NCBI GenBank assembly: GCA_016788635.1 | Contig: JAEUSU010000007.1 | Span: 159,870-223,869, forward strand | Reading direction: 5' to 3' | DNA length: 64,000 bases | Origin: Flavobacteriales bacterium | GTDB lineage: Bacteria; Bacteroidota; Bacteroidia; Flavobacteriales_F; PHOS-HE28 | Part shown: positions 1 through 8,034 of the stretch, piece by piece | How positions within the stretch are numbered: position 1 is the first letter of the stretch | How the letters are laid out: every line of letters begins with the position of its first letter | The notes under the pieces: generated by a model | Seen by the model: the letters and a program-made list of their open reading frames with translations, nothing else | Databases searched by the model: none | What the model was told of the DNA's origin: nothing | Program-made: the position numbers and the translations under genes

Positions 1-2
1 AA

Positions 3-281
3 CAGCAGTGGTTGGAGATCTTCGAAGGTGTTCCGCAAGCGGATGTGCCGCGCGGCGCCCTGGAGCAAGGTATCGGCATGGTGGACCTCCTCACTGATCA
101 CGGCGCTTTCCTGCCCAGCAAGGGCGAGGCCCGCCGCGCACTGAAGGAGAACAGCATCGCCGTGAACAAGGCGAAGGCGGGCGAAGACCGCGTGGTGAAC
201 ACGTCCGACCTGCTCGGTGGCAAGTTCATCCTGCTGCAAAGGGGCAGGAAGAACTACTACCTGGTGAAGGTGGTGGGCTAA
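3..281 (+). CDS. tyrS: tyrosine--tRNA ligase, C-terminal part (5' end outside window)
   Basis: The frame is open from the window edge (QQWLEIFEGV...). It ends in an S4-type RNA-binding tail (SKGEARRALKENSIAVNKAK...GKFILLQRGRKNYYLVKVV) typical of bacterial TyrRS C-termini. Confidence 0.7.
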   Translation, partial: QQWLEIFEGVPQADVPRGALEQGIGMVDLLTDHGAFLPSKGEARRALKENSIAVNKAKAGEDRVVNTSDLLGGKFILLQRGRKNYYLVKVVG

Positions 282-1318
282 GCCTCCACCATCAAGTTGC
301 ACCCCCGCAGGTCGCTATTGTCAAAGCGCCCGAGCACCTCGAAGCTGCCGTCCGCGTGCAGGCGGCCGAGGTCCTGGGTGCGGATGAAGGGGCAGCTTGC
401 GCTGTTGCAGAGGTCGATGACGTCGATACCGCCGGTGCGGCCGGTTGCGGGGCGCGCGAAGGGGTCGTTGGGTTCGCGCAACAGCACGCGCATCCAGGGC
501 GGGCAGGTGTAGCGGCCGCCTCCAGTTGAGTACGCCTGCGAGAGCAGTTCGGTCATGCCGTACTCGCTATGGATGGAGGGCAGGTGGAAGGCGTCCTGCA
601 GGATGCGGTGCAGCTCTTCGCGCACCAGTTCGGGCCTGCGGCCTTTCATGCCGCCGGTCTCCATCACCGTGGTGTGGCGCAGCGGTTTCGGGTGCTGGGC
701 GGCCAGGTCCAGCAGGGCGAAGGTGACGCCGAGCAGCAGGGTGCGTTTGCCTTCCTCCTCCGAGCGGCACAGCAGATCGGCCACTTCATCGTAGCGGTAC
801 AGGTAGGTGCCGCTATGCGGATCGCCGGTGGCGGAGATCAGGTGCTCGGCCATGTACACGAGCGAGCTGCCGGGGCGTTCCAGGTAGCCGGGCAGCAGCG
901 CGATGATGCGCCACTCCTTCGGGTCGCCGTAGGCAAGTCGGAAGCCTTCGCGGAACGAGCGCTCGTACAGTGCGGGCCAGGGCAGGTGGTGGCTGCTGGT
1001 GGCAGCGGGGGCGCCCCCGCCGAAGCCTTGGCGAAGGAGGGTGGTGCCGCTGCTGGTGAAGGTCAGCGCGGGTTCCAGGCCCTCCAGCAGCACACGGTGG
1101 CTGCGGAAGAGGCCGATGGGAAGGAAGGGGATGTCCTCCATGCGTACGACTTGTTCCGGCACCACGCCAAGGGCGTGCACATAATCCCGGTAAATGGGGT
1201 TGTGCCGGGCATGCAGCTGAAATAGTTCCAGGGCCAGTGCGTTGAAAGCCCCGGGGCCGTCCACCGCGAAGGGGCGCTGCTGCAATGCGGCGAATTGCTG
1301 GATAAGGGGGGCTTCCAT
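278..1318 (-). CDS. LuxE/PaaK-like acyl-protein synthetase (acyltransferase family common in Bacteroidota)
   Basis: This 346-aa ORF carries IPFLPIGLFRSH and TFTSSGTT adenylate-forming motifs and a C-terminal GRxDxxxLRGCN-like segment. It converges on tyrS with a 4-nt overlap. Confidence 0.55.
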   Translation of the reverse strand: MEAPLIQQFAALQQRPFAVDGPGAFNALALELFQLHARHNPIYRDYVHALGVVPEQVVRMEDIPFLPIGLFRSHRVLLEGLEPALTFTSSGTTLLRQGFGGGAPAATSSHHLPWPALYERSFREGFRLAYGDPKEWRIIALLPGYLERPGSSLVYMAEHLISATGDPHSGTYLYRYDEVADLLCRSEEEGKRTLLLGVTFALLDLAAQHPKPLRHTTVMETGGMKGRRPELVREELHRILQDAFHLPSIHSEYGMTELLSQAYSTGGGRYTCPPWMRVLLREPNDPFARPATGRTGGIDVIDLCNSASCPFIRTQDLGRLHADGSFEVLGRFDNSDLRGCNLMVEA

Positions 1319-1325
1319 CGTGACC

Positions 1326-1333
1326 TACCTTTG
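1326..1333 (+). promoter_or_regulatory. Bacteroidota -7 promoter box TAnnTTTG (TACCTTTG)
   Basis: This is an exact match, 5 nt upstream of the ATG at 1339. Confidence 0.45.
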
Positions 1334-1338
1334 CACCC

Positions 1339-1839
1339 ATGCGCATGCCGGTAGCCGTGCCGAAAATAGCCGCTCTGTCCGCGGCCCTCGTCCTGCTGCT
1401 TTCAGCCTGCCTGAAAACGGAGGAGTTCCCCATCGAACCACGCGTCTCGTTCAAGGAATTCAACGTGGTGGGTGACTCGGGCTCGGTGGTCATCACCTTC
1501 ACGGATGGCGACGGCGACATCGGGCTTGACCAGGGGGACACGCTGCCGCCCCACGCGCCCGGCCAGACCTATTACCACAATCTGTTCGTGCGGTATGACA
1601 AGTGGGTGGAGGGGGCCTGGCAGGAAGTGGTGTTCGCGCTGCCGCTTTACTACCGCGTGCCGGTGGTGACGCCCACCGGACAGAATAAGTCGCTGGATGG
1701 CGAGATCGCCGTGGCCCTCACGCCATGGCCCATTTCACCCAGTTTCGTGGGTGACACGATCCGTTTCCGCGTGAAGCTGGTGGACCGCGCGTTGCACGTG
1801 AGCAACGAGGCCATCTCGGACGCGATCAAGGTGCAGTAG
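1339..1839 (+). CDS. hypothetical lipoprotein
   Basis: It has a signal peptide with a lipobox (ALVLLLSAC). A TACCTTTG -7 box lies 5 nt upstream of the ATG. I recognise no family. Confidence 0.5.
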   Translation: MRMPVAVPKIAALSAALVLLLSACLKTEEFPIEPRVSFKEFNVVGDSGSVVITFTDGDGDIGLDQGDTLPPHAPGQTYYHNLFVRYDKWVEGAWQEVVFALPLYYRVPVVTPTGQNKSLDGEIAVALTPWPISPSFVGDTIRFRVKLVDRALHVSNEAISDAIKVQ

Positions 1840-1842
1840 CGC

Positions 1843-3531
1843 CTACACCTCACCGGCAAGGGCCTCGCTCACGTTGATCAGGTGGTCGCCCACCTTCTCA
1901 CAGCTGCTGAAGAGGTCGTTGTAGATGAGGCCGCTGCGGATGTTGTAGTCGCCGGCTTCAATGCTCTTCAGGTGCGTGCGGCGCAGCAGGTCGCGCTTCT
2001 GGTTGATGAGCTGTTCCACCTCCACGGCCTCGTCCAGCCGCACGGCCTCGGCCTCGGCCTCCAGGTTGCGCTCCATGATAGTGAAGGCGCGCTCCAGCAG
2101 GTCCAGCATCTCCATGAGGTTCATGCGCTGCTCGGGGGTGAACCAAAGTCGGTCGCCGCTTTTGCGTTCCAGTGCCTTGCTCATCTGGAAGAAGATGTCG
2201 GCCACGCGCTCCAAGTCGCCCACGATGGCCAGCAGCGCCTGGATGCGGGCACTGATCTCCTCACTGCGCACCTCGCTGCCCACCTTGGTGAGGTACTTGC
2301 CCACCTCCACCTCGATGCGGTCGGTGGTCTCCTCGCCACGCGCGATGCGGTCCAGCAGGGCTTCGCGTTCGCGGGCGTCCTTCTCCACCAGCAACACGCG
2401 CACGTGGCCAAGCATCGTGTGGGTGAGCTTGCCGAAGCGGACGATCTCCTTGCGGGCCTCCAGCAGGGAAAGCTCCGGTGAAAGGCCGGCCAGGGCGTCC
2501 TCGATGTGCTCCAGGCGGTAAACGGTGTCATCCGTGCTGCGCGTGGGCACCATCCAGGTCACCGCGCGCTCCAGGAAGGGAATGGCCTGGATGAAGAGCG
2601 CCGTGTTGAGGATGTTGAAGGAGATGTGCAAGTAGGAAAGTCCCCATTTCACGGCACCGGGGTCCGCATAGGGCGATACGCCATGCAGATAGGTGACCAG
2701 CTGGTCCAGCCCGTACAGATAGGGTGTGAAAAGCAGGAGCGCCCACGCCACGCCGAAGAGGTTGAAGAGGAAGTGTGCGCGTGCGGCGCGCTTGGCCCAG
2801 GCGTTGCCCACCAGTGCGGCCAGGTTGGCGGCCAGGGTGGTGCCGATGTTCTCGCCCAGCACGATGGCGGCGGCCATCTCGAAGCCGATGGTGCCGTTGT
2901 CGCACAGCACCATGGTAAGGGCCAGGGCCACACTGCTGCTCTGCACCAGGATGGCCATGGCGGCGCCCACGATGACGAAGAGCACCCAGGAGAGGGGCCC
3001 CATGTCGCCCACCCCGCGCAGGAAGGCGAGCGTTTCGGGCGCCAGCACGGGCACGTGTTCCTTCAGCAGGTCCAGCCCCATGAAGAGGAGCGCCGTGCCC
3101 ATGAGGAACTCCGTGATGCCGCGCACACTGGAACGCCGCATGAAGAGCAGCGGAAAGGAGAGGCCGATGAGCGGCAGCGCAACGCTGGTGAGCGGCAGCG
3201 CCGAGAGCCCCACCCAGCTGAAGACAAGCGCCTTCACCGTGGTGCCGATGTTGGCGCCCATGATCACGGGGATGCTCTGGCGCAAATTCAGCAGACCGGC
3301 GTTCACGAAGCTCACCACCATCACGGTGGTCACCGAGGAGTACTGTACGATGGCCGTGGTGGTGAAGCCGGTGAGCACGCCGCGGAAACGGTTGCCGGTC
3401 ATAGCCTTCACCACCAGGCGCAACCGGCGGCCGGCCACCTTTTGCAGGCCCTCGCTCAGCACCTTCATGCCATAGATGAACAGGCCGAGTGAACCGGCCA
3501 GCATCAGGAGCTCCAGGACGCCGAACTGCAT
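1843..3531 (-). CDS. Na/Pi cotransporter family protein with C-terminal PhoU-like domain
   Basis: It has a duplicated GANIGTT/GENIGTT motif, a multi-TM N-terminal half and a helical PhoU-like C-terminal half. The start was moved to the internal MQFGVLELL (cat at 3529-3531) because the 43-aa upstream extension is Pro/Arg-rich junk. Confidence 0.8.
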   Translation of the reverse strand: MQFGVLELLMLAGSLGLFIYGMKVLSEGLQKVAGRRLRLVVKAMTGNRFRGVLTGFTTTAIVQYSSVTTVMVVSFVNAGLLNLRQSIPVIMGANIGTTVKALVFSWVGLSALPLTSVALPLIGLSFPLLFMRRSSVRGITEFLMGTALLFMGLDLLKEHVPVLAPETLAFLRGVGDMGPLSWVLFVIVGAAMAILVQSSSVALALTMVLCDNGTIGFEMAAAIVLGENIGTTLAANLAALVGNAWAKRAARAHFLFNLFGVAWALLLFTPYLYGLDQLVTYLHGVSPYADPGAVKWGLSYLHISFNILNTALFIQAIPFLERAVTWMVPTRSTDDTVYRLEHIEDALAGLSPELSLLEARKEIVRFGKLTHTMLGHVRVLLVEKDAREREALLDRIARGEETTDRIEVEVGKYLTKVGSEVRSEEISARIQALLAIVGDLERVADIFFQMSKALERKSGDRLWFTPEQRMNLMEMLDLLERAFTIMERNLEAEAEAVRLDEAVEVEQLINQKRDLLRRTHLKSIEAGDYNIRSGLIYNDLFSSCEKVGDHLINVSEALAGEV

Positions 3532-3546
3532 GGGTTGAGGAAGGCG

Positions 3547-3554
3547 CAAAGGTA
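3547..3554 (-). promoter_or_regulatory. Bacteroidota -7 promoter box (TACCTTTG on - strand)
   Basis: This is an exact match, 15 nt upstream of the Na/Pi cotransporter ATG (3531). Confidence 0.45.
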
Positions 3555-3653
3555 TCCGGGCCGGGGCAGGGTGGATGAAGCCCGTGTGAGATCGGGGTGA
3601 AGGCCCCGCGCCCAGCGGCCCACTGGGGGCGGCTATCTTCGGCCGCGAACGCC

Positions 3654-4688
3654 ATGTCACAGATCAGTCCCCGGCAGGTAGCCCTGTACGCCGCCCTCGT
3701 GGTAGGCCTCGTACTGGCCCTGGTCCTGGTGGTGCTGCTGGTGGCCGGCACGGTGCAGGCCCCCGTGTGGGTGGCGGTGCTGCTGCCCCTGTTCGCGGCG
3801 GGCGCCACCTATGTGCTGGTGGCGGTGGGCGTGGAGCAGTTCGTGCACCGGCGCATCAAGCTCATCCACCGCATCATCCACGACCAGCGGGTGCGGCGCA
3901 CCGAGGATCATGACCAGCGTGGTGATGAGCTCAAGCGCATGGAGCAGGAGGTGCGCGACTGGGCCAGCGAGCGGCGCATGGAGATCAGCGAATTGAAGGA
4001 GCGGGAGGCCTTCCGCCGCGAGTTCATCGGCAACCTGGCGCACGAGTTGAAAACGCCCATTTTCAACATCCAGGGCTACATCCTCACCCTGCTGGAAGGG
4101 GGCCTGGAGGATGAAAAGGTGAACCGCGACTTCTTGAACCGTGCGAGCAACGGAGTGGACCGCCTGATCAAGATCGTGGACGACCTGGACATGATCACGC
4201 GGCTGGAGAGCGGGGTGCTCGCACTGGAGGTCCGCCGCATGGACCTGCGTGACCTGGTGGATGAGATGATCAAGGCCATGGAGATGCGCGCCGGCGAGCA
4301 GGGCATCACGCTGCGCAGCCTGGTACCTGATGAGACCTTCGTGCAGGGCGACCGCGACCGCCTGGCGCAGGTGTTCACCAACCTATTCGCCAATGCGATC
4401 AACTACGGCCGTCCGAATGGCTGGTGCGAGGTGCGCGTGTTCGACCTGGGCGAGCAGGTGTTGGTGGAGGTGGCGGACAACGGGATCGGCATTGCCGAGG
4501 AGCACCTGCCGCGGCTGTTCGAACGTTTCTATCGCGTGGGCAAGAGCCGCGCCCGCAATGAGGGAGGCTCCGGCCTTGGTCTGGCCATCTGCAAGCACAT
4601 CATCGATGCGCACGGCCAGAGCATCACCGCCAAGAGCACGGAGGGCGAAGGCACCACCTTCGGCTTCACCTTGCGGAAAGCCCGTTGA
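3654..4688 (+). CDS. sensor histidine kinase, PhoR-like
   Basis: It has two N-terminal TM helices, an H-box FIGNLAHELKTP, an N-box NLFANAINYG and G-boxes DNGIGI / GGSGLGLAICKHI. I chose the start at MSQISPRQV. Confidence 0.8.
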   Translation: MSQISPRQVALYAALVVGLVLALVLVVLLVAGTVQAPVWVAVLLPLFAAGATYVLVAVGVEQFVHRRIKLIHRIIHDQRVRRTEDHDQRGDELKRMEQEVRDWASERRMEISELKEREAFRREFIGNLAHELKTPIFNIQGYILTLLEGGLEDEKVNRDFLNRASNGVDRLIKIVDDLDMITRLESGVLALEVRRMDLRDLVDEMIKAMEMRAGEQGITLRSLVPDETFVQGDRDRLAQVFTNLFANAINYGRPNGWCEVRVFDLGEQVLVEVADNGIGIAEEHLPRLFERFYRVGKSRARNEGGSGLGLAICKHIIDAHGQSITAKSTEGEGTTFGFTLRKAR

Positions 4689-7600
4689 CCGGCGCGTTCG
4701 GCGCGAAGGCCTGCAGACGATCGCTGGTGTTGGCCACCACGAGGAGCGGTGTGCGTGCGGCCCCCTGCCGCAACAGCTTCACATCCTTCACCTCGCCCCA
4801 GGCGAAGAGGCCGCTGCGCGTGAGCGGCACGGGATCGAAACGGCCGCTGCCATCGCCCTTCAACAGCAGGCCGGTGCCCGCATCGTACCGCACAGTCTCC
4901 ACCTCAGCACCCCAGTTGTTGCCTGCGATGAAAAGGTCCGCATGGCCGTCGCCATCGAGGTCCTGCACCACGATGGCGTTCACCGGTGCGGTCTGCGCGA
5001 GCGCAGGAAGGACTGACGCGGTGTAGCGCCCATCGGCCCCCGAGAGGAACGCGGCCGAACGCATGAACTCGGCCTTGCGATGCAGCGCACGCTCCAGCTT
5101 CTCCGGCGTGTAGATCTGCTGCAGGTCCGCACGCGCGAATTCCGCATAGGTGGGGAAGCGCTCCAGGATAACGGGGCATTGCTGGCTGCTGCACTCGCGA
5201 CCGCGCACGGGCAGCAGGTGGCCGTCCTTTTCCTTGGCCAGCACGATGTCGCTGCGGCCGTTGTCGTCGAAGTCGGCCCAGTACACGTGCACGGGTTTCT
5301 CCGGTGTGCCCTGGAACTTGCTGTTCCAGCCGAGGTTGCCACCGATCAGGTCCGGGCGGCCATCGCCATTCACGTCCGCCACTTCCAAGGCCGTCCACCA
5401 GCCTGACGTGCCGGCCAGGCCACTGGCTTCGGTGATGTCGGTGAAGCGGCCACCATCATTGCGCATCACCATCAGCGGCATCCATTCGCCCGCGAGCGCC
5501 AGGTCGGGGTCGCCATCAGCATCCAGGTCCGCGAAGCGCACTGCGGTGACCAGGCCCGGGCCCATGACGGCGGGCGCAAGGGTTTTCGTGGCATCGATGA
5601 AGCGGCCCTTGCCATCATTGATCAGCAGGTAGCTTCTGGGCGGGAAGGGGTAATGTCCGGGTGTGATGCGCCCACCGATGAAGAGGTCCATGTCGCCATC
5701 GCCATCCACATCGGCCGCATCGGCGCGCATGGCGCTGGTCATCAGGTCGGCGGCGAAGGCGTTGGGCGATTCACGGAACACCGCGCGGCCATCGTTCAGG
5801 TACAGGCGCTGGCGGTAGATGCCCTCCTCGCGCAGGTCGTGCTGGTTGCCTCCCGCCAGCAGGAGCAGGTCCATGTCCCCATCACCGTCCGCATCGAAGA
5901 AGCAGCTGCCCAGGTGCTCCTGGTACTGGTGCGACTTCCACGGTTGCGAAGGCCCTTCGCGGAAGCTGCCGTCCGCTTTCTGCAGGAAGAGCATGCAGCT
6001 CTGTCCGTGCGCACCGCTCACGAAGAGGTCGTCGCGGCCGTCACCATCCGCGTCGGCGGTGGAGAGGTGCGGACCGAGCGCGCTGTAGGCATGGGGCAGC
6101 AGCACCTCGAGCGCGAAGTCGTTGTAGGGGTCTTCGCGGTGTGTCCAGTCCAGCCCGATGCGCGGTGCGATATCGGCAAATGCGGCGGGCTTGTCCTGTG
6201 GTGTGGGAAGAGGTCCCGCATCCTTGCGCTCGGGCCGCAGGAGCTGTCCGGCCTTCACATCGCGTAGCAGTGTGTAGGTGTCGCCGGGCCAGAAGATCTC
6301 CACGGAGTCCACCGTTCCGCGCGTGCCCAGCCCGAAGTGGAGCACGGGTTCCACGCAGCTCTGGTAGCCGCGCACCGGATAGAGCTCCTGTGCCTGCACC
6401 TTGCCGCCGTCGCGCAGCACCACGCGGGTGCCCAGCGCGGCCAGCTTCCCGTCGCGCGGTTCAACACGCAGGTGGTGATGCTGAGGACGCACCTGGTCCG
6501 CGCGGTTCTCGAAGAGCGAGGCGGCTTCATCCAGGTTGTTGATCACCAGGTCCAGGTCGCCATCGCCGTCCAGGTCGGCGTATGCCGCGCCGTTGCTGTT
6601 CACCGGCTCGGTGAAGCCCCATGCCTTGGTGCTGTCGCTGAAGGTGAGGCGTGCGTGCCCGCGGTCATCGGCGCCATCGTTGCGGAAGAGGTAGTTGTGC
6701 AGGCGCGTGCTGGGGATCAGGTCCAGGTTGCGGAAGAAATCGGCCCCGCTGCGGATGCTGTCATACACCGCGCGTTGGAAGTCGTTGTCGCGCACATCAT
6801 GCTTGAAGCCGTTGGTCACCAGCAGGTCCTTCCAGCCATCATTGTCCAGGTCGGCGAAGAGGGGCGCCCAGCTCCAATCCGTACGCGCGATGCCGGCCAG
6901 CTGCCCCACCTCGCTGAACGTGCCGTTGCCGTTGTTGCGCTGCAGGGTGTTCACCATGTACTGGAAGAAGTAGCCGCCCCGCACGTTGGCCCAGAAGCGC
7001 TCGGGGCTCATGCTGCCCATGTTGGTCTTGTTGCGCAGGTGGTCCGGCGCGGTCATGTCCAGCACCACCAGGTCAGGCAGGCCGTCATTGTCATAGTCGG
7101 CCGCATCGCTTCCCATGCCGAAGTTGCTCATGTGACGCAGGCGCCGCTGTGCTTCCTCCTTAAAGGTGCCCGTGCCGGTGTTCATGTACATGAGGTCGGG
7201 CGAGTCGAAGTCGCAGGCCGTGTAGATGTCCGGCCGGCCATCGAGGTCCAGATCGCCCACGCTCAGCCCCAGGCCGTAGGTGAAGTTCTGCACGTCGGCC
7301 GCGTAGGTGACGTCGGTGAAATGGCCGCCCTCGTTGCGGTACAGGCGGTCGGTGGGGGCGCGCTTTTCGCGCACGGCCTGGAACGCGGTGAAGTTGCTGA
7401 ACTTGTGCAGGCGGTCCGGCGGTGTGTTCATCACGTACAGGTCCAGATCGCCATCACCGTCGTGGTCCACAAAGGCGGCCTGCGTGCTGTGGGTGGTGTC
7501 CGCCACGCCCCAGGCATGGGCACGCTCGCTGAAGCTGCCGTCGCCGTTGTTGAGGTAAAGGAGGTTGCGCGTGAGCGCCGTGTCGCGCGATGGGCCGCTG

Positions 7601-8028
7601 CGACACACGTAGATATCCAGCCAGCCATCACCGTTCACATCGGCCATGGCCACGCCGTTCCGCCAGCCCGCGCCGGCGAGGGGGCCGATGGCTTTTGCGG
7701 TGATGTCCTCGAACTTCAAGCCGCCCAGGTTGCGGTAGAGCCGGTCGGGCACCACGTTGCCGGTGAAGTAGATGTCCGGCAATCCGTCATTGTCGATGTC
7801 GCCCACGGCCACACCGCCGCCATTGTAGGCGTACACGTAGGTGAAGTAGTTCAGCTCCGGGGTCTCGTTCAGCGTGTTCGCGAAGGTGATGCCGCTCTCA
7901 TCCGCAGGAACGGCGCGCAGGAGCGGGCCCGTGGCAGCAGGTACAGTGACACGCTGCGCATCCCTGTCACATGCGATGAGGGCAAGGGCGATGAGCGGTG
8001 CGAGCGCAGGAGTGGAAGGTCTCAACAT
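4666..8028 (-). CDS. VCBS/FG-GAP repeat + UnbV_ASPIC (CRTAC1-family) lipoprotein
   Basis: Lipobox LIAC. It contains many DxDGDGxxD / DxDNDGxxD FG-GAP-type repeats, a central UnbV_ASPIC-like segment (VRGYQSCVEPVLHFGLG) and an RGRECSSQQCP motif. Confidence 0.8.
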   Translation of the reverse strand: MLRPSTPALAPLIALALIACDRDAQRVTVPAATGPLLRAVPADESGITFANTLNETPELNYFTYVYAYNGGGVAVGDIDNDGLPDIYFTGNVVPDRLYRNLGGLKFEDITAKAIGPLAGAGWRNGVAMADVNGDGWLDIYVCRSGPSRDTALTRNLLYLNNGDGSFSERAHAWGVADTTHSTQAAFVDHDGDGDLDLYVMNTPPDRLHKFSNFTAFQAVREKRAPTDRLYRNEGGHFTDVTYAADVQNFTYGLGLSVGDLDLDGRPDIYTACDFDSPDLMYMNTGTGTFKEEAQRRLRHMSNFGMGSDAADYDNDGLPDLVVLDMTAPDHLRNKTNMGSMSPERFWANVRGGYFFQYMVNTLQRNNGNGTFSEVGQLAGIARTDWSWAPLFADLDNDGWKDLLVTNGFKHDVRDNDFQRAVYDSIRSGADFFRNLDLIPSTRLHNYLFRNDGADDRGHARLTFSDSTKAWGFTEPVNSNGAAYADLDGDGDLDLVINNLDEAASLFENRADQVRPQHHHLRVEPRDGKLAALGTRVVLRDGGKVQAQELYPVRGYQSCVEPVLHFGLGTRGTVDSVEIFWPGDTYTLLRDVKAGQLLRPERKDAGPLPTPQDKPAAFADIAPRIGLDWTHREDPYNDFALEVLLPHAYSALGPHLSTADADGDGRDDLFVSGAHGQSCMLFLQKADGSFREGPSQPWKSHQYQEHLGSCFFDADGDGDMDLLLLAGGNQHDLREEGIYRQRLYLNDGRAVFRESPNAFAADLMTSAMRADAADVDGDGDMDLFIGGRITPGHYPFPPRSYLLINDGKGRFIDATKTLAPAVMGPGLVTAVRFADLDADGDPDLALAGEWMPLMVMRNDGGRFTDITEASGLAGTSGWWTALEVADVNGDGRPDLIGGNLGWNSKFQGTPEKPVHVYWADFDDNGRSDIVLAKEKDGHLLPVRGRECSSQQCPVILERFPTYAEFARADLQQIYTPEKLERALHRKAEFMRSAAFLSGADGRYTASVLPALAQTAPVNAIVVQDLDGDGHADLFIAGNNWGAEVETVRYDAGTGLLLKGDGSGRFDPVPLTRSGLFAWGEVKDVKLLRQGAARTPLLVVANTSDRLQAFAPNAPVNGLSAR

Positions 8029-8034
8029 GGATGA

